Shown one piece after another: positions 28,797 through 36,720 of a DNA stretch of 64,000 nt. The notes beneath the pieces are model-generated. The model saw only the letters and a program-made list of their open reading frames with translations. It made no database searches and was not told where the DNA came from. Source of the stretch: Clostridia bacterium (GTDB lineage Bacteria > Bacillota > Clostridia > Christensenellales > UBA1242); NCBI GenBank assembly GCA_017541375.1, contig JAFXZE010000005.1, positions 128,153 through 192,152 of the forward strand, read 5' to 3'. Position 1 is the first letter of the stretch; the number at the start of each line of letters is the position of its first letter. The translations under genes were made by a program, and so were the position numbers.

Positions 28797-28799
28797 TAA

Positions 28800-31655
28800 T
28801 TACTTATGTAATGTACATGTTTGATCAGCACTTGCTGGCCAAGATGCATCGAATTGTCCCCAGAAAGATCCAGTCCAACCTTGGTTGTAGTTGTAGTGAA
28901 TTTCAATCTTGTCTCCAGCATTAAACTGATTTAAGTTTAGTATAAAACTCTCAACTACTCCAACAGAAGCATCTTTTTGATATTGCTCACCATTAATTTT
29001 AACAGTGATCTTGAAATCACGAGCCTTTTCTTTTGTAAGTATTTCACTCATCATCTCTTTTACAGTAATAACTTTACCGTTGTAATCAACTACAGCATCC
29101 ATAAAGTTTACATAGTTAAGTGCAAGATAGTTATCAAAGTATTCAAGGTCAGCCTTATCAATAATACCATCGTGGTTGATATCAAGTTTCCCTTCCATTT
29201 CAGATAAAATATTCTTATATTCTTCCAAAATTACTTTCCATGACTCAACATCATCAGCGTTTACTACATTGTCCCCATTTACATCTACTACGTCATTAGT
29301 GTAGTTATATGGTAAAGCTTTAATCAAACCTTTTACAAACATTGCGAGTACTTGGAAGTCGTTTACATCAACTTTCTCATCAGCATTTGCATCTGCATTA
29401 AGAATTGCTTGGTCAGACAAACCAATCTTACCATCTAAGTATTTAGAGATAATCAAGCTATCCAAACCATTTACAATCTCATCTCTGTTTAGATCTCCAA
29501 CAATTGCTTTTTCAGTTGCGCGTTTACTAATATTGTAATTTGCTGCACGAAGTGTAGTAGCAAGGTCGTCGATATTTGTCATCAAGTCACCATTTACATC
29601 AGCTGTCTCACTTCCATTACTAATTACTGCTTTTGCAACTGCAACTACATCTTTGTCATCTACTACACCATCTTTATTTACATCACAACTTGTGTTGCCG
29701 TCAGATATCTTTACATATTCAGCACCCTTTGCGTCTACCAATTTAGCTAAATCTACGCTATTTACCTTACCATCTCTATCAATATCGTAAGTAAATAATT
29801 CGTTTGTAGCAATATCTTGATTTGCATTTTGTTTATCCATTATTCCTACCATATCAGCTAAGTTTAAGTCTTTCACTGGTTTGTAGAAATAGTGCCATTT
29901 AGCATAAACTGTTACATCACTCTTTATAGGCTTGTTAAAGTCAAACATATTGACATTTACATCCCCACTAGCTATTTTGTCAGCTAGCTTAGAATCAGCT
30001 TTCCAAAAGCTTAGGTCTATCTTATCAGCACTCCAGCCCTTAAATTCTGCATAACCGTTATTTACACCTGCAAGCAATCTTCTAGTTTGCTTCTCTACAG
30101 GAGTAACTTTCTCACCATCACGAACTTTTTGAGTGATTTTACTCTCAGAATAAACCATGTGCTCTCCATCGTGGGTGTAGAATTTATCCACAAATGTAAA
30201 TGTAAAAATCTTTGTCCATTTAGCATACAAGCTAAAGTCACTTGTTACAGGGGTAGCAAAATCGTAAGGTTTAGTAAACTTTTTATCAGTAAACCAACCA
30301 TCAAACTCATATCCCGCACGATCTTTCGGAGCAATGTTTGCTACACTCTCATTTATTCTTACGGGTTGAGTTATTGTGTCAACACCTTCAGAAACAAAAC
30401 TTACATAGTTGAGCGCAGTCCACTTTCCGTACAACACTATATCATGTGATATCACTGTGTTAAAGTCAAATTTAACAGTACATTTAGCATCTTTATACCA
30501 TCCATCAAAATCAAAACGATCCCTACTTGCTGGCACAATGTTGTTTACCAAATTACCATCTTTTACTTCTACCTGAATAGTTTTTGCATCTTGATAGTTT
30601 CCTTCAAACAACACTGTGTGTTTGCTTACCTTAAGGTCAGAAACTAATTCACCAAGCAATTCATAATCTTTGTAGTCAATAAATTTGTCGCCATTTACAT
30701 CAAATTTTGCTGTATCGGCTGTAGATAATTTTTCAATACTATCGATATTTGAATTCCAGTATTTGATATCATTTACATTGACAACCTTATCACCATTCAA
30801 ATCACCTGCAGTAGCAGCGATTTTGAGTGGCAATTCTTTTACAGCATTAATAATGTACGCACTCAACAATTTCTTATCAAATGCATTTACAATACCGTCT
30901 TTATTTACATCTGCATTAAGCATCTGTTGTGGCTCCAACTCTGCTGTGCCATCTAGATAAACTTTTAGAGCGTAAACATCCTCGTCATTTACCACACCAT
31001 CAGTATTTACATCACCTACAGTGTCAAGTTTAATCACTACAGGCTCATCAACGTGCTCATCACCTGGTTGCTCAACATGTTGTTCACCATTTTCATCCCC
31101 AGTTTCCTCGCTAGTTGTGTCGCCTGTTTGATCTGATTGCTCTTCTCCATTTGAGTCACCATCATCATCACCGGTTTGCTCGCCTGTTTGCTCACCTGTA
31201 GAATCTCCGGTCTCTTCACTATTTTGTTCACTAGTCTGGTCTCCCTCATTGCTCCCGTTTTGAGTTTCCTCTCCACCGTTTTGAGTTTCATCACCAGTCT
31301 GGTCACCTTGTTCAGTTTGACCTGCTTGTTGGCCTTGCTCATCGTCTTGACCACTTTGCTCTTGTTGTTGATTTGGTTGCTCAGATTGTTGCCCTTCTTG
31401 TCCACTAGAGCCATTCTGTTGTTCTGAGTTGTTTTCCTCAGTTTTACTTTGGTCTTGATTATTCCCAGCCTGCTCCTTATTCTCATCCTGCTTTGCTTCA
31501 TCTTTTGAGCCATTTTCATCTTCTGCAGTCAATACTTTATCAGACTCTGCTGGTTTTTGCTTGTTGATATGTGCACCAATTACACACAAAGCAACAATCA
31601 CACAAATAGCCCCAATGACCGCAATAACAGTAGCCCAAATACCTTTCTTAGTCAT
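28800..31655 (-). CDS. membrane-anchored surface protein: acidic linker, multiple dockerin-type Ca-binding repeats, three Listeria-Bacteroides (Flg_new) repeats
   Basis: TM helix at aa 7-29. E/Q/D/G-rich region at aa 35-205. About 11 loops of the DxNxDGxxxxxD type (GDVNTDGVVNDEDV, ADVNKDGIVNAFD, YDIDRDGKVNSVD and others). Three F.GWY.D...T..FDF.T....D..LYAKW units. Confidence 0.8.
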   Translation of the reverse strand: MTKKGIWATVIAVIGAICVIVALCVIGAHINKQKPAESDKVLTAEDENGSKDEAKQDENKEQAGNNQDQSKTEENNSEQQNGSSGQEGQQSEQPNQQQEQSGQDDEQGQQAGQTEQGDQTGDETQNGGEETQNGSNEGDQTSEQNSEETGDSTGEQTGEQTGDDDGDSNGEEQSDQTGDTTSEETGDENGEQHVEQPGDEHVDEPVVIKLDTVGDVNTDGVVNDEDVYALKVYLDGTAELEPQQMLNADVNKDGIVNAFDKKLLSAYIINAVKELPLKIAATAGDLNGDKVVNVNDIKYWNSNIDSIEKLSTADTAKFDVNGDKFIDYKDYELLGELVSDLKVSKHTVLFEGNYQDAKTIQVEVKDGNLVNNIVPASRDRFDFDGWYKDAKCTVKFDFNTVISHDIVLYGKWTALNYVSFVSEGVDTITQPVRINESVANIAPKDRAGYEFDGWFTDKKFTKPYDFATPVTSDFSLYAKWTKIFTFTFVDKFYTHDGEHMVYSESKITQKVRDGEKVTPVEKQTRRLLAGVNNGYAEFKGWSADKIDLSFWKADSKLADKIASGDVNVNMFDFNKPIKSDVTVYAKWHYFYKPVKDLNLADMVGIMDKQNANQDIATNELFTYDIDRDGKVNSVDLAKLVDAKGAEYVKISDGNTSCDVNKDGVVDDKDVVAVAKAVISNGSETADVNGDLMTNIDDLATTLRAANYNISKRATEKAIVGDLNRDEIVNGLDSLIISKYLDGKIGLSDQAILNADANADEKVDVNDFQVLAMFVKGLIKALPYNYTNDVVDVNGDNVVNADDVESWKVILEEYKNILSEMEGKLDINHDGIIDKADLEYFDNYLALNYVNFMDAVVDYNGKVITVKEMMSEILTKEKARDFKITVKINGEQYQKDASVGVVESFILNLNQFNAGDKIEIHYNYNQGWTGSFWGQFDASWPASADQTCTLHK
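31041..31553 (-). repeat. coding low-complexity acidic (E/Q/D/G/T) linker
   Basis: Degenerate GAR/CAR/GGN repeats. This is the source of the spurious alternate-frame and antisense ORFs at 31037-31519 and 31176-31427. Confidence 0.7.
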
Positions 31656-31957
31656 AAAAAACTCCTTTTTGATATACCAAACAAAAAAACCATCTCAAGA
31701 TGGCTTTTTGCTAAGTATAACCGTAATCATACCAATCTGATTGTGTTAGTACAGAAAAGGAAAACTCATTTTTAGTGATAAGTGGTGGTCTCAATTTTTA
31801 GCGTTGATACTGTAAAAAATTAACGTCTCCCTTCTCGCGTCTTTTCTATTGTGCCGCCCTAACACATCAGATCGTGCAAGTTTACTTGCAAAACGCCTCT
31901 TTTATCGTAAAAAGATTAAATCTCTAATGACCCTATTTTCCCCTTTCTCATTGAGTA
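31656..31957 (-). promoter_or_regulatory. ~300-nt structured 5' leader (candidate riboswitch/attenuator, class unknown)
   Basis: Lies between a canonical promoter and the SD. A long-range helix is possible: AGUAC..AGAAAGGGGAAA (leader 5' end) with UUUCCUUUUCU-GUACU (~31750-31766). Several local hairpins. The leader ends in a terminator at 31683-31704. Confidence 0.45.
31683..31704 (-). terminator. leader terminator/attenuator hairpin
   Basis: Minus strand reads aaaaaGCCAUC-uuga-GAUGGUuuuuuu, about 25 nt before the SD of the dockerin-repeat gene. Confidence 0.55.
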
Positions 31958-31963
31958 CTCTTC

Positions 31964-31992
31964 ATTATAGCATAGGCATTTTTTTTTGTCAA
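31964..31992 (-). promoter_or_regulatory. promoter (TTGACA-17-TATAAT, TG-extended) on the minus strand
   Basis: -35 at 31987-31992, -10 at 31964-31969 (reverse complement). Confidence 0.65.
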
Positions 31993-32130
31993 TACCAAAT
32001 TTTTAAAAATTTGTTCTCTTCTACACAAAAATCAAAAATATCATCTAAAAAAATTCAGTTTTTGTAAATATTTTATACAAATTGTCACTTCTTATTATGT
32101 AAATGAATATAGACATATGCGGAGGTAAAT

Positions 32131-32436
32131 ATGTTTAATCCAACAATCAGTAGTGATGAAACTAACAGGTCGTATGCCTCAACGGAAAATTTTGAAAACC
32201 TACAAAAAGTGCTATTAGACCTAAAGGGTGAAATAGAAGCAATTGCCCAATATGACAGCCACATCCGGTCGACTACTTCACCTATAGCCAAAAATACTTG
32301 GCGACACATTCGTGATGAAGAGCTACATCATGTGGGTGAACTACTAGAGCTAGTAAACTATCTTTCACCAGAATTCAAGCGACACATAGACATGGGGCGA
32401 CAGGAATGGCTCAACGAAAATAACATTAATATGTAA
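32131..32436 (+). CDS. EncFtn-like (encapsulated-ferritin family) ferritin-like protein
   Basis: LLDLKGEIEAIAQYDSHIRSTTSPIAKNTWRHIRDEELHHVGELLELVNYLSPEF parallels the EncFtn core (EELEAVDWYDQR...DP....IL.HNRDEEKEH....LEWLRR), with Glu/Glu/His ligand positions retained. GGAGG SD. Confidence 0.6.
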   Translation: MFNPTISSDETNRSYASTENFENLQKVLLDLKGEIEAIAQYDSHIRSTTSPIAKNTWRHIRDEELHHVGELLELVNYLSPEFKRHIDMGRQEWLNENNINM

Positions 32437-32440
32437 ATAA

Positions 32441-32476
32441 CAAATAAGAGTGCAAAGTTGCACTCTTATTTGTTTG
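32441..32476. terminator. bidirectional terminator (14-bp stem)
   Basis: caaataagagtgca-aagt-tgcactcttatttg. Confidence 0.9.
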
Positions 32477-32478
32477 GT

Positions 32479-33315
32479 TTATCTATACATTCTTTCATCG
32501 TCACGTGATTTTTGAGCTTTTTGTTGCACTTGCTGTTTAAACATCTCATCTCCATGTTCATAAATCAGAACTATCGGATAGTCTTTAGTTAGCTCTTTAG
32601 TGAAATCAAAGAGCTTGGCTATTTGATCTCGACTAATAGTAGGGCTTTTCTTTAGCTCTGAAGTATAAGCCATGCCACCAATATTTGACTGTTGCACCGA
32701 CAGAGCTTGCACTAGGTCAATAAATTTATCACCAGTGAATTGAATTATTTTTTGATTTGTTTCGGATGTCTCTAGATAATCTACATCTTTACTTAACCCT
32801 CTACGCCAATACTCCATTGGCAAAGCAAATTGCCAAACATCACCAAGTAAGTCTTCTACCGTATTACTAATTTGCCCATGAAAGCACTCCATTAACTTAC
32901 CATTATCCAATTTGACGTAAGGAACATAGGTAGCACTGTGCAATACCCAGCCATTTACAAATTCTTGAGCAATTTCTGAATTATTCTGTTTTAACTTATC
33001 ACTTACTGTAAATGGTCTAGTAGCAAAAGCCTCTGCCACCTCTACAATTTTTATCCTATCCAGAGGCAAATTCTCTACATCAATTTTGTACTTTTCAAAA
33101 TTTTTCACACCTTCCATCGCTAGCTTTTTTACATCATACATACGCCTAGTTTCTATAGCCTCTGTCTTATCAGATAACTTACTAGTTAACTCTCTTCGCA
33201 TAGCGCTAATCGCATTATCATCTTGAGGTGGAAGATTATTAATTCTCTTACAAATCTCCCTTCCTTCTGGAGATAATTCATCCTTCTTTTTAGTCAATCG
33301 ATCCAACAATCCCAT
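32479..33315 (-). CDS. hypothetical protein (278 aa)
   Basis: GGGAGAA SD. Starts MGLLDRL... No motif recognised; not HK97/encapsulin-like by eye. Confidence 0.55.
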   Translation of the reverse strand: MGLLDRLTKKKDELSPEGREICKRINNLPPQDDNAISAMRRELTSKLSDKTEAIETRRMYDVKKLAMEGVKNFEKYKIDVENLPLDRIKIVEVAEAFATRPFTVSDKLKQNNSEIAQEFVNGWVLHSATYVPYVKLDNGKLMECFHGQISNTVEDLLGDVWQFALPMEYWRRGLSKDVDYLETSETNQKIIQFTGDKFIDLVQALSVQQSNIGGMAYTSELKKSPTISRDQIAKLFDFTKELTKDYPIVLIYEHGDEMFKQQVQQKAQKSRDDERMYR

Positions 33316-33360
33316 ACCATTCTCCCAACATTATTTTATAATTTGATTTTTCTCCATCGA

Positions 33361-33386
33361 AAAAGGCTGCCCGCGGGCAGTCTTTT
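33361..33386 (-). terminator. intrinsic terminator (GC-rich stem)
   Basis: ctgcc-cgcg-ggcag stem with flanking A/T runs. Confidence 0.7.
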
Positions 33387-33660
33387 ACTTTTTCTTCTTA
33401 GACGCAGGCTTAGTTGGTTTGCACTCACATACAGGGGTACAAGCACAGTCCGGTCCACAAGCACAAGGCTCAGGAAGGGAGCTTAGTTCTTTGAGCACAA
33501 GATTTACATCAATGCCATGCACATCGCAAGCATCTACCAAAGGCTCTGCTTGACTAACAGGACACCCACAACAGTGCATACCAAACCCTTCTAGCACGAG
33601 TCTAGCCTGTGGGTTTGCCGCTATTACTTCGCCCATAGTCATGTCTTTATTTACCTTCAT
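33385..33660 (-). CDS. DUF1858 / hybrid-cluster-protein-associated redox disulfide domain protein with Cys-rich tail
   Basis: MTMGEVIAANPQARLVLEGFGMHCCGCPVSQAEPLVDACDVHGID is the DUF1858 pattern. The tail reads EPCACGPDCACTPVCECKP. Confidence 0.7.
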   Translation of the reverse strand: MKVNKDMTMGEVIAANPQARLVLEGFGMHCCGCPVSQAEPLVDACDVHGIDVNLVLKELSSLPEPCACGPDCACTPVCECKPTKPASKKKK

Positions 33661-33721
33661 TTCTTCACCTCAAATCAAATTACATTTTTATTATATCATA
33701 CTTTTTTACATTTTTCAATAC

Positions 33722-34816
33722 TTATTCGTCTAAAATACATCCACATTCACAAATGATTTCGTTTTTACCACAAACCTTGCCACATTTTGGGCAACGGCGT
33801 TGCGTAGAAGCTATAGGTTTATCTTCTTTAGGCGCGACTTTTGGTTTCTTGGTAGTGAGGTCAAGTGTGGCATTTACCTCCTTAGTTCCCTTTTTGCTAG
33901 ACGATTTTAAGATAATACGGTCTATACTATCAGATATCTCATTAGTTTGTTTTTGTTTGTCTTTCGACTTGGTCACAGTCACATAATCTTCTTCAGGCTC
34001 TATTCCAGAGTTATCCACTATGTCGCTTACCGTATCTACATCTTGTTTTTTATGTTCGTGCAAGTTGCGTTCTTCAAACTCAAGCCGTCTTGCCATATTT
34101 TCTCCAAGTTGGGAGGCGACCGACTTATCAAAGTTTACCGCACTCACTTCAAAGTTTGTTATGCTGATTCCATAGCGCTTGAATATTTTAGTTAGATACG
34201 CCCTCAACAACGAAGCAATTTTTTGTTTATCTCGCAATATCTCTGGTGACGCTGGCCGCATGCAACGTAACATTTGCTCACTAAAATCTGTCATATGCAT
34301 TTGCAACTTTTTCTGCGCGTATCCCACCTTAATAAAGCCACGCTCTAGTAAAAACAATTTCATAGCATCCGCCGCATCTACACATTGAAAGTCGTATGTT
34401 CCACCTAAATCTACCAAAAAGCGCCCATATTTATTGTCTTTTAGCAACAACTTGTGCGTTTGCCATTGTTGATCACGAAATTCTCCCATATTCACAAAGT
34501 AAATATCACATCGAAACTCTTTTGGGAAAACTATCTCGGGTCTGCGATGATGACGCACAACTCTACTTTTGTCAAGAGCAAGCTTTGCGGTGGAGAGTGG
34601 AATGTTGGGAATAGTTAGTTTGTGTTCTCCTGCCCCAAACACATCGAGAGCTTTGTCTTTAGCTACAATCACAGCACTCCAGCCGTCTTGCACCACAAGT
34701 TTTGAACCAATATCGATGGTAAGCAACTTTGAGCTCAAAGGCTGCATAAAACCACCAGTAAATTCCTCTGGCAATGTATAGACTGGTTCTTCTCTTCTGC
34801 GCCTAAAAAACCCCAT
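33722..34816 (-). CDS. SPFH/Band-7-like (YdjI-type) protein with C-terminal zinc ribbon
   Basis: MGFF... N-terminus and I.IGSKLVVQDGWSAVIV..DKALDVFGAGEHKL pattern. C-terminal CPKCGK...CECGC. Confidence 0.6.
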   Translation of the reverse strand: MGFFRRRREEPVYTLPEEFTGGFMQPLSSKLLTIDIGSKLVVQDGWSAVIVAKDKALDVFGAGEHKLTIPNIPLSTAKLALDKSRVVRHHRRPEIVFPKEFRCDIYFVNMGEFRDQQWQTHKLLLKDNKYGRFLVDLGGTYDFQCVDAADAMKLFLLERGFIKVGYAQKKLQMHMTDFSEQMLRCMRPASPEILRDKQKIASLLRAYLTKIFKRYGISITNFEVSAVNFDKSVASQLGENMARRLEFEERNLHEHKKQDVDTVSDIVDNSGIEPEEDYVTVTKSKDKQKQTNEISDSIDRIILKSSSKKGTKEVNATLDLTTKKPKVAPKEDKPIASTQRRCPKCGKVCGKNEIICECGCILDE

Positions 34817-34947
34817 GTGCTCCCCCTCTTGTTTTTATACTATTATATCACAAATATTTTCATATTTCCAACTAAATAGATAAAAAATTTGGAGTATTTA
34901 TAAAAATTTAATACATATAGTACTAAAAAACCAAAAAGGAATATTTT

Positions 34948-35436
34948 ATGAAACTTTCAAACATCATCGGAAAACAAGTGATATCCATATTCGACAGCAC
35001 CGTAATAGGCACAGTTTTTAGCTTCCAGCTAAACAAATCCAAAACCTGTATTACCGATATTTTACTAGAGGGGGCAAATAGCGAAGTTTATCTCATCCCC
35101 ACGAGCAAAATATTTGCAAGTCTCGACTGTATCCTTATCAAAAACAATTCTCCTATTAGCCTAGTCGCAGATAATTACCCGCCCACTATGATGAATGCAC
35201 TAGTGTTTGACCTAGCAGGAAGAGGTTTGGGTAATGTTATTGACATACATTATGATGAGCGATATCAAATATCATCTTTTATCACTCAACGAGCCACTAT
35301 ATCCCCCAAACAAATCGTAAATTGCACACAAAAACTAATACTGATAAATACCGACACTCATTACATTCTCTCTCACTTTTATCCTCGCACAAAATTTGCG
35401 CAAAACTCAAAAATGGATGTTTCCATATTAAATTAA
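34948..35436 (+). CDS. PRC-barrel-like protein (two copies)
   Basis: LSNIIGKQVISIFDSTVIGTVFSF...ITDILLEG...LIPTSKIFASLDCILIKN resembles the YlmC/YmxH PRC barrel. A second, weaker copy follows. Confidence 0.45.
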   Translation: MKLSNIIGKQVISIFDSTVIGTVFSFQLNKSKTCITDILLEGANSEVYLIPTSKIFASLDCILIKNNSPISLVADNYPPTMMNALVFDLAGRGLGNVIDIHYDERYQISSFITQRATISPKQIVNCTQKLILINTDTHYILSHFYPRTKFAQNSKMDVSILN

Positions 35437-35461
35437 AAACACAGCGTGACTGTGTTTTTTA
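35435..35461. terminator. bidirectional terminator
   Basis: acacag-cgtga-ctgtgt with A- and T-runs. Confidence 0.85.
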
Positions 35462-35872
35462 ATATTTGTCAAATAATGATTTTTGACCATCAGTTTTTAT
35501 CTGCGTTCTTCTCTTCTCAATACCTGCTAAAATCTTTGTATTTTGTGCTAAAAACTTAGTTTGTTTGGCCTCACTCAATCCACTCTCTCGCACAACGCTG
35601 TGTAGGTAGGATAAATACTCCTCTCCAAAGCGCTCTAGCATAAAACGGCAATGATGTAAGTCCATCTCAAAATCGAGTACATCATACTCTCTACATTGAG
35701 TCTCCCCACACATATTGAGCTGGTATTTTACCTGCTTACATTCTATGTTTCCCAGTCTATCACTCCAATTGTGAATCTCACAAATCCTCATAGAATCAAA
35801 CTCTTCATCTCTCAACACTATTCTAAGTAAATAGTTTTCTATATCTACAGTCTTTAACCTTTCTACAAACAT
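35459..35872 (-). CDS. hypothetical protein (137 aa)
   Basis: GGAGG SD 5 nt before ATG 35872 (MFVERLK...). No motif recognised. Confidence 0.5.
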   Translation of the reverse strand: MFVERLKTVDIENYLLRIVLRDEEFDSMRICEIHNWSDRLGNIECKQVKYQLNMCGETQCREYDVLDFEMDLHHCRFMLERFGEEYLSYLHSVVRESGLSEAKQTKFLAQNTKILAGIEKRRTQIKTDGQKSLFDKY

Positions 35873-35971
35873 AACAGCCTCCAGCAACATTCTGAGCTCG
35901 TATTTTACATCTATATCATGGTTTTGTCAATATCAAACTTTGATAAACTGATTAAAATTGAATAAAATAAG

Positions 35972-36001
35972 TTGAAAAAAAATGCTGTTATGTGATATAA
36001 T
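35972..36001 (+). promoter_or_regulatory. promoter (TTGAAA-18-TGtgaTATAAT)
   Basis: -35 at 35972-35977, -10 at 35996-36001. Confidence 0.55.
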
Positions 36002-36033
36002 ATAAATTAATACAATTTAGGAGGAAAAATTGA

Positions 36034-36720
36034 ATGAAAACAAATGATTGTTACAAAACCAGCTTGTGCCCCCCTTCTGGGCCTGCCCCAATCCCACAAG
36101 ATGGTGAATTTGATAAGGTCAAGGATATCTCTCAAATTTCGGGTTTTAGCCATGGTTGTGGAAAATGCGCCCCACGCCAAGGAGTTTGTAAGCTCACGCT
36201 CAACGTAAAAAATGGCATCATTAAAGAAGCCCTAGTAGAAACTATTGGGTGTAGCGGAATGACACATAGTGCATGCATGGCGGGAGAAATACTCATCGGC
36301 AAAACCATACTCGAGGCAATGAATACCGACCTTGTGTGCGATGCTATAAATGACGCTATGAAAGATATATTTCTTCAACTTGTGTATGGACGAAGCCAAA
36401 GCGCATTTTCTCTAGGAGGACTCGACATAGGAGCCGGTAAAGAAGAACTCGGTAAAAACAACGCTAGCAAAATTGGCACTATCTACTCTAGCTCTGACCG
36501 TGGGGTGAGATATTATCACACGACTGAGGGCTACATTACTCGCTTAGCCTTAGACGAAAATGCTGAGATAATTGGCTATGAATATGTAAATCTACCCAAA
36601 CTGCTCAAAAACATCCGCTCAGGTCTTGATGCAAAAACTGCCCTAATCAAATCTAGTGGCACTTATGGTAGATTTGGTGAAGGGAAAAAATATATCGATA
36701 CTATGGAGGAAGTAATATGA
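36034..36720 (+). CDS. NifU/IscU-like Fe-S scaffold domain protein with an extra C-terminal domain
   Basis: GCGKCAPRQGVCKLTLNVKNGIIKEALVETIGCSGMTHSACMAGEILIGKTILEA shows the scaffold Cys pattern. TAGGAGG SD. Confidence 0.6.
   Translation: MKTNDCYKTSLCPPSGPAPIPQDGEFDKVKDISQISGFSHGCGKCAPRQGVCKLTLNVKNGIIKEALVETIGCSGMTHSACMAGEILIGKTILEAMNTDLVCDAINDAMKDIFLQLVYGRSQSAFSLGGLDIGAGKEELGKNNASKIGTIYSSSDRGVRYYHTTEGYITRLALDENAEIIGYEYVNLPKLLKNIRSGLDAKTALIKSSGTYGRFGEGKKYIDTMEEVI

Noticed and set aside
31037-31519. 160-aa minus-strand ORF and 83-aa plus-strand ORF overlapping the acidic linker of the dockerin-repeat gene
   Set aside because: They are frame-shifted or antisense readings of GAR/CAR repeats, with no independent start signals.
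31656-31957. Assigning the long leader to the c-di-GMP (GEMM-I/II) or c-di-AMP (ydaO) riboswitch classes, or to 6S/SRP/RNase P/tmRNA
   Set aside because: None of the signature sequences I remember are present (GGCAAACC...GACGCAAAGCC, the ACGCAC-type pseudoknot, GGAAAGUCC, GGUGCUGUUU, tmRNA tag region). I leave it unclassified.
31849-32067. 72-aa plus-strand ORF in the large intergenic region
   Set aside because: It has no SD and lies antisense to a well-defined promoter and leader for the minus-strand gene. Its composition looks non-coding.
32479-33315. Possible encapsulin shell gene next to the EncFtn-like gene
   Set aside because: It is on the opposite strand. It has no resemblance by eye to the N-terminal encapsulin pattern or HK97-fold length and composition, and it begins MGLLDRL like a soluble coiled-coil protein.
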